64,000 nucleotides of DNA from Mobula hypostoma (lineage: Eukaryota): assembly GCF_963921235.1 (NCBI RefSeq), contig NC_086097.1:27406001-27470000 (forward strand), read 5' to 3'. Both the position numbers and the translations under genes were made by a program. The notes beneath the pieces are model-generated. The model was given only the letters and a program-made list of their open reading frames with translations, did no database searches and was not told where the DNA came from. Positions 13,440 through 27,501 of the stretch are shown here, one piece after another; position 1 is the stretch's first letter, and every line of letters begins with the position of its first letter.

Positions 13440-14310
13440 ACAAGTTCTTGAAAGTGAGTCCTTAGGTTGTGGGAACAGTTCAGAGATGGGATAAGTGAAG
13501 TTGTGTGAAGTTATCCCCTCTGGTTCAGGAGCCTGATGGTTGAGAGGTAACTACTGTCCTAAACCTGGTGGTGTGAGTCCCAAGGCTCCTGTACCTTCTT
13601 CCTGATGGCAGCAGTGAGAGGAGAGCATGTCCTGGGAGGCGGGATCTCTGATGATGGATGCTGCTTTCCTGTGACAAAGCTCCATGTAGATGTGCTTTAC
13701 CCATGATGGACTGGGCTGTATCCACTACTTTTCGTAGGGTTTTCCGTTCAAGGGCACTGGTGTTTCCACACCGGACTGTGATGCAGCCAGACAATATATT
13801 CCCCACCGCACATCTATAGATGTTAGTCAAAGTAATAATCTTCACCAACTCCGACAGAAGCAGAGGCCCTGCCATGCTTTCTTCGTAATTGCATTTACTG
13901 TCTGGGCCCAGGACAGGTCTTCTGAAATGATAACACTGAGGAATTTAAAGTTGCTGACCCTCTCCATCTCTGATCCCTGATGAGAACTGGCTCATGGACC
14001 TCTGGTAGTCATAAATCAGCTCCTTGGTCTTGCTAACATCGAGAAGCTGTTGTGGCATCACTCAGCCAGATTTTCAGTCTCCCTCCTATTTGCTGATTCA
14101 TCACCACCTTTAATTCAGCCTATGACAGTGGTGTCAGCAAATGTAAATATGGCCTTGGAGCTGTGTTCACCTACACAGTCATTAATGTAAAACAAGTAGG
14201 GCAGGGTGCTAAGCACACAGCCTTGTGCTGCACCTGTGCTGATGGAGATTGTGGAGGAGACATTGCCAATCCCAACTGACTGGGGTCTGAGAGTGAGGAA
14301 ATTGAGCATC
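13440..14310 (-). mobile_element. Rex1/Babar-like LINE 3' RT fragment
   Basis: Contains TGAAQGCVLSTL and FTFADTTVIG remnants plus LTNIYRCAVGNILSGCITV. Confidence 0.75.
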
Positions 14311-14589
14311 TAATTCCCTTCAGGCCATGATGTTGTGCCAATCTTTTAACCTACTCCAAGATCAACCTCACCTTTCCCTCCCACAGGGCCCTCCATTTTT
14401 CTTTCATCCATGTGCCCATCGAAGAGTCTCTTAAATGTCTCTGGTGTATCAGTCGATACCATCACCGCAGCAGTCCGTTATATGCACTCACCGTTCTCTG
14501 TGTACAAAACCTACCTCTGACATCTCCCCTGTATTTTCCTCCAACTACCTTAAAATTATACACCCCTGTATTTGCTACTGAAATAGTTG

Positions 14590-15175
14590 CTAGTAAAGCA
14601 GCCTTCAGAGGTACAAGATCAAGATCACTTGGAGTATTGTCAACAGTTTTGGAATCCATATCTCATAAAGGATGAGTTATCATTGGAGAGAGTCTAGAGG
14701 AGGTTCATGAGGATGATTCCGGGAATGAAAGGGTTAACATATGAGAAGCTTTTGGCAGCTTTGGACCTGTACTCACTGGAATTTAGAAGAATATGGTGGG
14801 GGGGGGGGATCTCATTGAAATGTACCGAATGTTGAAAGGACTAGATAGGGTGGATGTGGAGAGGATGTTTCCTATGGGGGGGGGGGGGGAGTACCCAGAA
14901 CTAGAGTGCACAGCCTCAGAAATGAGGGGCGACCCTTTAGAACAGACGTAAGGAGGAATTCTTTTAGCCAGAGAGTAGTAAATCTGTGGATTGCTCTGCT
15001 TCAGACTGCAGGTGGAAGTTGATAGTTCCCTGATCAGTCAGGGCATCAAAAGATATGGTGAGAAGGCAGGTGTATGGGGTTGAGTGGGATCTGGGATCAG
15101 CCATGATGGAATGGCAGAGCAGATTTGATGGGCTGAATGGTCTAATCCTGCTCCCATGTCTTATGATCTTATGAT
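14590..15175 (+). repeat. CR1-type LINE 3' fragment
   Basis: Decayed HLEYCQQFW / LERVQRRF-like coding remnants followed by the CR1 3'UTR shared with 63390-64000. Confidence 0.7.
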
Positions 15176-17174
15176 CAAATCCCACTTTGGCAGTATTAAT
15201 TTAAATTCAGGTGATTGAGTACATCTGGAATTAAAAAGCAAATTTAATGACTGGATTGCCATAAAAGCCCATCTGCTTCACTGATAAACACAAGAGATTC
15301 TGCAGATGCTGGAAATCTAATGTGACACACACAAAATGCTGGAGTAACTCAGCAAATCAGGCAGCATCTATAGAGGGGAATAAACAGTCGATGCTTCAGG
15401 CCATGACTCTTCATCAGGACAGGATGGAAGAAACTTCACATGTCCTTTGAAGAAGCAAGTCTACCATCCAGCCTCACTGCAATGTGGTTGCCTCTTAAGA
15501 TTCTCGATAGTTCAGGGTAGCAAGGTAGCTTAACAGTTGGCACAATACTTTATAGCACCTGCTGTAAGATCAGGTGCAATTCCCACTGTATGTAGAGACA
15601 TTCTCCCCGAGACCATGTGAGCTTCCTCCCACATTCCAAAGACGTACAGGTTAGTAAATTGTGGGCATGCTATGTTGCCAGAAGTTTGGTGACATTTGAG
15701 GTCTGCCCAGCACCATCCTCGCTGATTTGATTTGATGCAAGCAATGCAATTCACTGTATTTTTCAATGTATATGTGACAAATAAATCTAATCTTTATCTT
15801 TAATTAAGGGTCTTGATGATTACATTAATGTGTGCTGAAAGGTTTTCAGTTTTGGACACCCTGCTACAGGAAAGATGTCATTAAGCTGGAAATAATGCAG
15901 AGGAGATTTAAGAGGATGTTGCCAGGTTGTGGAGAGAGATTGAGCAAATTGGGGTTATTTTCATTGGACCACAGGAGAATGATTCCACAACCTATGGATT
16001 TACTTCTAAGTACTCTACAACTCATGTTCTCAATATTATTTACTTATCTATATGTTTATCATTTTTGTATTTGCACAATTTGTCTTTTGCACATTGGTTG
16101 TTTGTCTTTGTTGTATGCAGTTCTCCATTGATTCTATTGTGCTTCTTTGTATTTACTGCGAATACCTACAAGAAAATGAATCTTAAGAGTAGTATATGGT
16201 AATGTATATGTACTTTGATAATACATTTACTTTTAACTTTGAATGAGGAATGACCTCAGAGGTGCATAAACTCACAAGGGGCAGAGATATGGTGAACACA
16301 GTCTTTTTCCTTGGGCTGGGGCATCATGAAATAGAAGAAACTTAATAGGGATCGAACTGTTTCATCAGAGGGTGTCAGTATAGGGAATAAGCTACCAGAG
16401 GAAGTGGTTGAGGCAGATACAGTACATTACCAACATTTAAAAGATACTTGGATGGATACACGGAAAGGAAAGGCTCAGAGGGATAAGGACTAAATGCAGG
16501 CTATGGGACCAGCTTAAATGGAATTCTTCATCCACATGGACCAATTGAACTGAAAGGCTTGTTTTTGTGCTATATCACTTTATGAAATACCTTCAAGTGA
16601 ACACTGACAAAAAAATAAAGATTAATATGATTTGTCACATGTACATCAAGACATACAGTGAAATGCATCCTTTTGTGTCCAATCAAATCAGTGAGGATTG
16701 TGCTGGGGAGCCCACAAGTGTCGCCGCACTTCAGATGCCAACATAGCATGCCCGCAACTCATGCCCTAACTGTATGCCTTTGAAATGTGGGAAGAAATCG
16801 GAGCGCCGGGTGAAATGCATGGGAAAAACATACAAACTCCTTACAGGCAACATTGGGAATTGAACCCCAATTAGTGAAAGCCAGTGCTGTAATGTGATGC
16901 ATGGCTACTACACTATCGAGCTGCAACTAAATATGGCAACTAAAATAAGAAAAGGCTTATAGTTCTGTAAGAGTAACAAAGTGCTTGTAACCACATCCTG
17001 GTGTATTATTGATCTAAAAGCACAAGGTCCCATGTTTGGCTCTATATACTGTGGAGAATAATGGTCAGAGCTCCTCAATTCTACCCCAGGACATGGCTGA
17101 GCCTAACTATCTTCAGTACCTCTGTCAACGACTTGCCTTCTGTCACAGGTGATGTTCACAAATGACAGCACTTT

Positions 17175-18930
17175 AGAAACAGAAACATAGAAAACCTACA
17201 GCACAATACAGGGACTCCAGCCCACAAAGCTGTACCGAACATGTCCCTGCCTTAGAACTACCTAGGCTTACCCATAGCCCTCTATTTTTCTGAGCTCCAT
17301 GTATTCATCCAGGAGTCTCTTAAAAGACTCTATCGTATCCGCCTCCACCATTGCCGCTGGCAGCCCATTCCACACACTCACCACGCTCTGTGTAAAAAAA
17401 TCTCCTCTATAACTATTTCGAAACATCTTAAAACTATACCCTCTCGTACTAGCCATTTCAGCCCTGGGAAAAAGCCTCTGACTATCCACACGGTCAATGC
17501 CTCTCATTATCTTGTACACCTCTATCAGGTCACCTCTCATCCTCCATCGCTCCAAGGAGAAAAGGCCAAATTCACTCAGCCTATTCTCGTAAGGCATGCT
17601 CCCCAATCCAGGCAACATCCTTGTAAATCCCTCTGCACCCTTTCTATGGTTTCCACATCCTTCCTGTAGTGAGACAACCAGAATTGAGCACAGTACTCCA
17701 AGTGGGGTCTAACTAGGGTCCTATATAGCTGCAACATTACCTCTTGGCTCTTAAACTCAATCCCACAATTGATGAAGGCCAATGTACCATATGCCTTAAC
17801 CACAGAGTCAACCTGCGTAGCAGCTTTGAGTATCTTATGGACTCGGACCCCAAGATCCCTCTGATCCTCCACATTGCCAAGAGTCTTTCCATTAATGCTA
17901 TATTCTGCCATTTTATTTGACCTACCAAAATGAACTTCCTCACACTTATCTGGGTTGAACTCCATCTGCCACTTCTCAGCCCTGTTTTGCATCCTATCAA
18001 TGTCCCGATGTAACCTCTGACAGCCCTCCACACTATTCACAACACCCCCAGCCTTTGTGTCATCAGCAAATTTACTAACCCATCCTTCCACTTCCTCATC
18101 CAGGTCATTTATAAAAATCACGAAGAGTAGGGGTCCCAGATCAGATCCCTGAGGCACACCACTGGTCACCGGCCTCCATGCAGAATATGACCCGTCTACA
18201 ACCACTCTTTGCCTTCTGTGGGCAAACCAGTTCTGGGTCCACAGCGCAAGGTCCCCTTGGATCCCATGCCTCCTTACTTTCTCAATAAGCCTTGCATGGG
18301 GTACCTTATCAAATGCTTTGCTAAAATCCACCTACACTACATCTACTGCTCTTCCTTCATCAATGTGTTTAGTCACATCCTCAGAAAATTCAATCAGGCT
18401 CGTAAGGCACGACCTGCCTTTGACAAAACTATGCTGACTATTCCTAATCATATTATGCCTCTCCAAATGCTCATAAATCTTGCCTCTCAGGATCTTCTCC
18501 ATCAACTTACCAACCACTGAAGTAAGACTCACTGGTCTAAAATTTCCTGAGCTATCCCTACTCCCTTTCTTGAATAAGGGAACAACATCTGCAACCTCCC
18601 ATCCTCCAGAATCTCTCCCGTCCTCATTGATGCAAAGATCATCGCCAGAGGCTCAGCAAGCTCCTCCCTCGCTTTCCACAGTAGCCTGAGGTACATTCTG
18701 TCCGGTCCCAGTAACTTATCCAACTTGATGCTTTCCAAAAGCTCTAGCACATCCTCTTCCTTAATTTCTACATGCTCAAGCTTTTCAGTCTGCTGCAAGT
18801 CATCCCTACAATTGCCAAGATCCTTTTCCGTAGTGAATACTGAAGCAAAGTATTCATTAAATACCTCTGCCATCTCCTCCAGTTCCATACACACTTTTCC
18901 ACTGTCACATTTGATTGGTCCTATTCTCTC
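17175..18930 (-). mobile_element. CR1-clade LINE ORF2 (reverse transcriptase), 5'-truncated, with few disruptions
   Basis: Contains DFSKAFDKVPH, GVPQGSDLGPLLFVIFINDLD, SKFADDTK and LVRPHLEYCAQFW across consecutive broken ORFs, and ends in a (ctatgtttc)-type tail near 17175-17195. Confidence 0.92.
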
Positions 18931-19381
18931 ATGTTATTCAATTCCATTTGCAAATCAACTCATTGTAAAGTTAAATAGTCCTACATGGATGCAGGACCTC
19001 CACAACCATCAGACGTATGTCATAAAAGTGCCGGGCAATGACCACTGCTATCAAAAGAGGCATGAACTGGCTGCTGCAACATATGCAAAATGCTAGAGGA
19101 TCTCAGCAAGTCAAGCAGCATCTACAGAGGAGAATGAGGAGGTGTAAACCAGCAATTTTTTTCCCAGGATGGCAATGGCAATACGAGAGGGTATAATTTT
19201 AAGGTTACACCATCTACAAAGAGGTATAAAAAGTCAAAGCTTTGGGCCAAGACCTTTAAAAGGGTCCTGGTGAAGGGTCTTGGCATGAAACAGCAACTAT
19301 TTATACCCCTCCATAGATGCTGCCTGACCTGCAGAGTCCCTCCAAAATTTTGTGTGTGTGTTGCTCCGTACTTCCAACATA

Positions 19382-20906
19382 CAGGTGGCCCCCGCTTCTT
19401 GAACGTTCGCTTTACGAAACTTCGCTGTTACTAAAGACCTACATTAGTCACCTGTTTTCGCTAACTGAAGGTGTTTTCACTGTTATGAAAAAAGGCAGCG
19501 CGCGAAAAAAACAGTGCACGATAAAAGGCAGCACGCGCCCCGTGCAGCCAAGCTCCTCCCCCGGAACTGCATTCTAGCTGGCATTGCTTAAACACATGCT
19601 TCTGAGCAGCCGTTAGCAAGATGAGTTCTAAGGTATTGGAAAAGCCTAAAAGAGCTCGTAAGGGTGTTACGCTTAGCATAAAACTAGACATAATTAAGTG
19701 CTTTGATCGTGGTGAACGAAGTAAGGACAAAGTGAGTTTGGCTTGTGGAAGCTGACGAAGATGATGTTGAAGAGGTTTTGGCATCCCATGACCAAGAACT
19801 GATAGATGAAGAGCTGGTGCAAATGGAAGAGTAAAGGATAACAATTGAAACCGAATGCAGTAGCAAACGGACCAAAAGTGAAGTCGTCCAGGAACTGTAT
19901 GTGAAGCAACTGCATGAGATTTTCGCTGTAATGATTGCAGAAAAGTACGACTTTAATTTTGAAAGGGGTACATAGGTTTAGGGCATATTTGCAGGATGGT
20001 TTGACGGCTTACAAAGAACTGTATGATAGAAAAATGCGCAAGGCTAAGCAGTCAAGCATACTGTCGTTTTTCAAGCCTTCCACATCAGCCACAGCAGACG
20101 ATGAACCTCAACCTTCGACATCGAGGCAGGCAGACATAGAAGATGATGACCTGCCTGCCCTAATGGAAACAGACGATGATGAGATGACACCCCAGTGTCC
20201 CACCACAATGCAGCGGTAGCCGGGATGCACCCAACACATCTTTAAGAAAAGAGCCGAAATAAACAAGCTAATTAATTAGGTGCCACCCGGCACATAATTA
20301 ATTAGCTTGTTTATTTCGGCTTTTTTCTTAAAGATGTGCTGGGCGTGCCCCGGCTACCGCTGCATTCTCCGCAGATCGGTATCGGTTCGCTGCCCGGAGG
20401 TTGGGGTTCACTGCTCCCCCCCAACCTCCGACGACTCAGTCTAACACACCATCATCAGTGTGCTCGGCGCTGTCTTCCCGATTCCGGTAAGTGATACTAC
20501 ACTGTACATACATTATTTCTACTTTATATCGGCTGTGTATTTTTACGTGTTATTTGGTATGATTTGGCAGCTTCATAGCTTAAAGGTTACTGGAGAGAGT
20601 GTTTCTGCCGAGAGCGCTTGCGAGAGATTTTTGCTACGGAGAATAGTGCGGCAATAATTGTAGAAAAGTATTTCTACTTTTATAGGCTGTGTATTTATCA
20701 CATCATTCCTGCTTTTACTATATCTTACTGTTATTTTAGGTTTTATGTGTTATTTGGCATGATTTGGTAGGTTATTTTTTGGGTCTGTGAATGCTCACAA
20801 ATTTTTCCTATATAAATAAATGGTAATTGCTTCTTCACTTTATGACATTCCGGCTTATGAACCGTTTCATAGGAATGCTGTACCTTCGGATGGTGGGTGA
20901 AACCTG
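19382..20906 (+). mobile_element. Internally deleted Tigger/pogo DNA transposon
   Basis: Bounded by TA|CAGGT...ACCTG|TA with imperfect TIRs. MSSKVLEKPKRARKGVTLSIKLDIIKCFDRGE (CENP-B/psq-type HTH start, ATG at 19621) abuts the acidic C-terminal remnant DEDDVEEVLASHDQELIDEEL; the DDE core is missing. Confidence 0.85.
20207..20366. repeat. 160-bp near-perfect inverted repeat (about 78-bp arms, 4-nt loop)
   Basis: AATGCAGCGGTAGCCGGG...AATTAATTAGGTGCC accc GGCACATAATTAATT...CCCGGCTACCGCTGCATT, with only a handful of mismatches. Confidence 0.95.
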
Positions 20907-20951
20907 TATACAGAATTGTGTTTATAACTTTAAGGTTATTGGAAGAAAGTG

Positions 20952-21773
20952 CAGTGGATTCTGGTTAATTGGGACACATCAAGACCAGTACATTTTGGCC
21001 CAATTAGCTGAAGTTTCATGGAAATAGTTAAAAATGTATAAAAATGTCAAACTACCATTTAACTAAATAACAAAGTATGTATTTAAATGAAATACAGAAC
21101 AATTTAGAATACTAGCAATTTTACTACAATATTATAAAACTGTGTATTAGTTCCTAATAGTTATTGACAGAGGAATTAAACTGGTGTGCGCTGCCGTGTT
21201 CTTTTGATTGAGTGTAAATTAATAAAATCAGTTCATACACCTGGTGCAGATAATGGACTGTCTTCATACAATGCTTATGATGATTGCATCTCCAAGTCTT
21301 CAACCTTATTATAACATTCAAGATGATTGTCAATACCTTTAAATTATTCATAGTTTTTAATTTGTTGAAGTAGTGAAATCATCTCATTTTCATTCCTGAC
21401 ACGTCCGGCACATCCAACCCTGAATACTTGAAACTGCAGTGAGCTAAACAGTTCAGAATTGTATTACCGCTCATTTCTCACCAACTATTAGTGACAAAAA
21501 TCACTGCTTTTTGAACACAAACACATGTACTGACATTATTTAATCTAATCTAATCTAATCTATTTAAAAAGGGTCTGCTCCAAACATGGTGTAGTGTATA
21601 ATGCAATTGATGCTAATTCGAAACTTCGGCATCTGTCCTAGTTCAGTGGCATAGTGTGGAAAATAAATGAAGGGAATCCCAGCTATTTTCTGGATTAGGT
21701 TTGTTCTTTAAAAACTGGCCTAAATAAATTGGTGTCTTGATTAACTGATGGCCCAATTGACTGGAATCCACTG
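20952..21773 (-). mobile_element. Non-autonomous Tigger-like DNA transposon nested in a CR1 3' fragment
   Basis: TIRs are CAGTGGATTCTGGTTAATTGGG and reverse complement CAGTGGATTCCAGTCAATTGGG, with TA on the right flank. It splits the CR1 segment ggaagaaagt|atatggaggatgtcac. A minus-strand remnant reads EMISLLQQIKNYE*FKGIDNHLECY. Confidence 0.8.
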
Positions 21774-23570
21774 TATATGGAGGATGTCACAGGTAGCTTT
21801 CTTACACAGAGAGCATTGGGTGTGTCAAACATGCTGCCAGAGATGGTGGTAGAGGCAGATACATTAGTAACATTCAAGGGACTCTTCGATAGAGACATAG
21901 GAGAGAGAAAAATGCAGGGCCATGTGGGAGTGAAGGGTTAGACTGGTCTCAGATTATGTTAAAAGCATAGCACAAGATTATGGGCTGAAGGGCTTGTACT
22001 GTTCTAAGTTCCATGTCATAAACAGTTGACATTTTGGGCCAAGACCCTTCATCAGGTCTGGAAAGGAAGACGCCAGAATATTTACGTATTCCTGTCTATA
22101 GATGCTGCTCGATTTGCTAAGTTCTTCCAACATTCTGTGTTTGTGCTTGTTGCTGCAGAATCTCTTGTTTTTTTTGAACTGCCTGCCTTTGACAATCATG
22201 GCTTTACCACCGCCAGCAATAACTAGTACCCAGGTAGTCACATAAATACTTCTAGAGCAAGTCTATTCGCTAAAAGAAAAATAAAAATATTTCCTTTCAA
22301 AGGATTTTGCATTTAGTATCAGTATACTGAAAACATAGGTGCAAGATTTATGCTCTGTGAATTGACCTTCAAGTCACAAGGAATGTCTTCCAGCAAGCCT
22401 CATGATTAAATGTTATACGCTCATGGTACTTTGTCTTTATTGTGTCATTTTAATCAGTTTCATCTGGATTTGTGCACCTTTTGCTGGGAAAAATGTAATT
22501 TATCAAGAAAGGCTTCAAAAATTAAGTAAAACCAACATCTCTTTTCCTGAAAGGTTCCATTTAAAACAATTGTTTTTGTTTGAATTTGGTTGAGATTATT
22601 GAAAAACAGGTGGCAAAGCTGAACGCGATAATGCTGAAAATTAGGCATAAAAACTGAAAATGTTGGAAATATTCAGAGGTGCAATTAAGCATTTGGACTT
22701 TGTCAACAGTGGACCTTTCAGAGTTGAGGCCCATTTCATCAGAATATTCTCTCTCTCCCTCTCCCTAAAGATGCTTAAATTGCTGTGTACTCGGACTATT
22801 TTCCATAGATCATATCTCTGCACTCTATTTAAGCAGTACTTGGTTGTCTACCTTCAGGTCAGACGATTGTGGGCTTAAGCCCTATTCATGAGGTTTAGTG
22901 TCATCGAGTCAAACAGCATGGAAAGTCCTCGGTCCAACTCATCCATGCTGATCAAGAAGCTTATCTAAGCTTGTTCCATTTGGTTGACCCATATCCCCTA
23001 AGCTTTCCCTGAGTCTTTTACATCTTTTACATGTTATTGTACCAGCCTCAAGCACTTACGCTGGCAGCTTGTTCCATGTAGGCACCAGCATTTGTATAAA
23101 GACCTCAGATCCCTTATAAATCTTTGTCTTTTCACCTTAAACATTATCCCTCCAGTTTTAGACTCCCCTATCCTGAGAACAGGACTGCGTACATTCACCT
23201 TATCTATACCTCCCCATGATTTACACCTCAGTCCTTCATCCCAAGGAATCAATTCCAGGTTGACCAACTTCTCTCTAGGACCCAGTCCCTGAATCCTGGC
23301 AATATAAAACATTTCTGATTCCTTTCTAGCTTCCCACAGTAGGGTGAACAGGGTGAGCTAAGCCATACACAATAATGGAAATGAAGCCTCACCAATGCTT
23401 TGTACAACTGTAATATAAGATCACAACTTCTATTCTTTGTGTCCTGACTAATGAAGTGCCCTGACTAAATGGCTTCTTATTACCCTTTTGACCCGAGGCT
23501 TGAGTACAGAAAGCTAGGCTTATACTCATGTAGCAGTGAGAAAGCTGATAAGGTGGCTAACAAGGATATG

Positions 23571-23616
23571 CTGCCTGGCCTGCTGCGTTCACCAGCAACT
23601 TTTATGTGTGTTGCTT
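23571..23616 (+). mobile_element. 46-bp Penelope-like terminal insertion inside a CR1 fragment (CR1 about 23545-24235)
   Basis: Nearly identical to the PLE terminus at 28534-28580. TSD aaggatatg at 23562-23570 and 23617-23625. Confidence 0.8.
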
Positions 23617-26600
23617 AAGGATATGGTGTGTTGGCCTTCATTAGTTGAAGGATTGAGTTCAAGAGCCACGAGGTAATGTTGCAGCTCTATAAGACTACGG
23701 TTAGAACACACAAAGTATTGTATTCAATTCTGGTCATCTTATTATAGAAAGGATTTGAAACTTTTAGAGAGGATGTAGAGATTTACTAGGATGCTGCCTG
23801 GATTCGAAAGCATGTATTATGAGGAAAGATTGAGTGAACTAGGGCTTTTCTCTTCAGCATGGAGGAGAGGTGACTTGATAGAGGCATATAAAAAGCATAA
23901 ATGGATTGGACTACCAATGTCTTTTTCCCAGGTGGAAATAGCTAATACAAGGGGGCATAATCTTAAGGTCACTGGAGGAAGTTATAGAGGAGGGGATGTC
24001 AGAGGCAGGTTTTCTACACAGAGAGTGGTGGGTGCATTAAATGTGTTGCTGGGGTGGTGGAAGAGGCAGATACAATAGGGGCATTTAAGAAGCTCTTAGA
24101 TAAGCACATGGATGATGGAAAAATGGAGGGTTATGTGGGAGGGACGAGTTAGATTGATCTTGGAACAGATTAAAAGGTTGGCACAACATTGTGAGCTGTA
24201 GGGCCTTTATTGTGCTGGAGGGTTGTATGTTCTATGTAAGTGCAATTGTGCTTTCTGGATTGAAGGATTAAATCGAGTGAGACCTGAACTGTATCAGACC
24301 GATTGTGAGAAAATGCAATTGCGCATGTGGCCGATTGATCACATGGTGAATCGATTGGGTATCCTATGGATGAGGCACTCTCCTTTGGGTGCAGGCTTCT
24401 GAGTGTGCCTAACTTCATCTTGATGGGCCTAGTTCATCGCTCTTGTACTGTAGGTTGCCCAGTGTGTACAGTGACGGAACATTTCATAGTAAAAATGCTT
24501 AATCATACTACTCTGTTGTCGTTCATGTCCCATGCATATGAAACAAAACCCAACTGCCGTTTCAAATGGCCTGTCCCAGCCAACCAACATTCTTTAAAAA
24601 AACGAATTATCTCATTTCTGTTTGTGGAACCTTGCTGCATGCAAAGTAGCTACCTTGTGTTGTAACAGCAATTACATTAAAATTATCATTGGTTGCAAAT
24701 ACCTTTGAGACATTCCAGTCTAAAAGGATGCCTGTCTTTCATTCCTTTCTGCTGTTTAGGCTCCAAGGATGAGCAAGATTACGACTCTCTACTTTGTAAA
24801 CATCATTAGAACTGATGGTTGAAGACCAAAGTTGGCTAGTTCAGAGGTTGAAGCCTTTGGTTCGGCTTGTCCAGAGGATGGAGGTCTGTGAGTCTGGGTC
24901 AGGGGGACGGGGTGGGGGTGTCAGAGGCCTGATGTCTGTGAGTATGAGATTTTGGAGGGACTGGCCTGGAGGGGGTGTGTGTGTGCGCGCGCGCGTAGGC
25001 AGGAAGATGGGGAAGGAGCTTGTTATGCTGATGATGTTTTTGCTGTTTGTGTTGTTCAACTGAACATCGTGGGCATGCCATGTTGGCACCGGAATGTGTG
25101 GTGACACTTGTGGGTTGCCCTAAGCACATCCTAAACCGTGTTGGTTGTTAATGCAAACAAAGCATCTCACTGTAGGTTTTGACGTACAGGTGATAAATGT
25201 TAAGTGTTAAACTTTGAACAAGTCTGTATTGATAAATGCTTCTTCAAAGACTGTGAGTCTGGCTAAGAGGGAGAAAGTTTCACTTGAGTGCTGGGGCGCT
25301 GGTGCTGTTGCAGGGAAGGGATTAAAACATTAGTAACACAATGTGCAAGCTGTTCTTCCTACAATGTGGCATTGGCCCAGGAGATACTGCAGTCATCCTC
25401 CTCGTCATTAAGGAATGAGTGGAGAGACAAGAGAGATGAACCTCTCTGGAAAAGGTCAGCAAATATATGTTAAAATAAAATATCACTGTGTGAAGAGTCT
25501 CTCCACTGAAATGAACATCCAAGTACATTGTCATTCAATAGATTTAAGCAATCCACGGCACTCGAGTTGAATTAATTCATATATTTCATTATGAGTCTGA
25601 GGAGGGTTGTTGTGTCACCAAAGACGCTAGCAAATTTCTACAGATAAATCACTGTCTGGTATGGAGGGGTCAATGCACAGGATCGGAAAAAGTTACAGTA
25701 AGTTGTAAACCCAGCTAGCTCCATCATGATCACTAGCCTTCCCAGCATTGAGGACACCTTCAAAAGGTGATGCCTGAAACAAGCAGATCCATTGCTACCA
25801 TCAAGGAGGAGCCTGAAGGCACACACTCAACATCTTAGGAATGGCTTCTTCTCCTCCGCCATTAAATTTCCGAACAGACAATGAATCAACCCCTGAACAC
25901 TACCTCACTATTTTGTTCTCTTTTTGCACTATTATATATACATATTTTTTCTTATTTTAATTTATTGTATATTTTATGCATCGCACTGTACCGCTGCCAC
26001 AGAACAACAAATTTCATGACATATTGTCAGCGATAATAAACCTGATTCTGATTCTCTATCACAGTTTATTTTATCCTTAATGTTCTTTCTATGGTGCAAA
26101 ATACATTGGTGCATTAACTCATAAGTGTGCAATGAACCAGATTTGATTAGGGACCTTAAGGTAAAGGATCCCTTAGGAGCAGTGATCATAATACGATAAA
26201 ATTACCTCTGAAGTTTGAGAGGGAAAAGCTAAAATCAGATGTTTCAGTATTATATTGGAATAAGAGGAACTACCAAGGCAAGAGAGAGGAGATGTACATA
26301 GGTGACCAAGGAAATGTATTACATGTCTAACTCAATAAAACATGCTCTTATGAATAATAAGAAAATTAGAGTAGAAATTGACCCCTCAACTCTGCCCACC
26401 AATCAGTATATGCATGGCTATTCTGCCACATGCTTCATCTCTTCTATGTCAGTTCCCCACCACTCCCAATAAAGTCTCTAACCTATGTTTAATTATCTCC
26501 AGTTCCACTAGCCTCTGGGGGAGAGAATTCCAGAGATTCACCATCCTCTGTGAGAAGTTTCCATATACCTCAGTTTCTCATGGCTCAATGCTTGAACCCA

Positions 26601-26805
26601 TCTGCCCAACCCCAGTGTTGTTCTAACAGCATAGGCCTCTATGTTCTTTTCTCTTTCAAGATTGTTTATTGTCATTCTTCGGTAATTACGTGTACAGAGA
26701 ATGAAATGATTGTTACTCTGGATCTAATACAACACACTTATTTATACATACAATATGCACAAAGAACACAATAAAAAAACAACAAAAACACAATAAATAT
26801 AAACT

Positions 26806-27230
26806 TGGTGGCCACTTGTACAATGTACAGTTAGAAATAAGAGCAGAAATTAGTTAGAAATGTCATCTAAATGACTTTGACTGTAGAATGATTGTTGGGG
26901 TCAGATGGAGTGGTTTGAGTTTCTCAGAAACTGCTGATCTCCTCGGATTTTCATGCACAGCAGCCTTTAGAGTTTATACAGAATGATGCGAAAAACAAAA
27001 AAGCATCCAGTAAGCGGCAGTTCTGTGGGCAAAAATGCTTTGTTAATGAGAGAGGTCAGAGGCAATAGTCAGACTGGTTCAAGCTGACAAGAAGGCCACA
27101 GTAACTCAAATAAACACATGTGACCATAGTCATGTGCAGAAGAGCATCTCTGAATGCACAACACGTCAAACCTTGAAGTGGACGGGCTACAGCAGCGGAA
27201 GCAGCACCACCAGACCTGTGCAGTATTTCT
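26806..27230 (+). mobile_element. Tc1-like transposon remnant (transposase N-terminal HTH)
   Basis: Reads KCHLNDFDCRMIVGVRWSGLSFSETADLLGFSCTAAFRVYTE*CEKQ then RQFCGQK...RLVQADKKATVTQI. A TIR-like ctcagtggccacttta lies near 27408. Confidence 0.75.
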
Positions 27231-27501
27231 GACATTAATATTTTTAAAGATAGACTCAATCAAATCGATTTAGGGGATCTCGTCAAAAAAGCTTACTTTA
27301 CAATTTAACTCCCACGTCGTTCACACCGACTGCGCGTTATAACAGCAGTCCGGCAGTGCTTGTGCAGCACCAAGTAGAAGCAGAAGACCACAAATGTACA
27401 GAAATATTCTCAGTGGCCACTTTACTAAGTACCTCTTATCAAATGGTCATTGAGTGTAAATATTCAAGCAATCCAATAAAACACAATGTACGAATATCAC
27501 A

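Noticed and set aside
17576..18331. 251-aa RT ORF as an active or domesticated RT
   Set aside because: It is part of a 5'-truncated CR1 ORF2 with a stop and frameshifts on both sides and no endonuclease.
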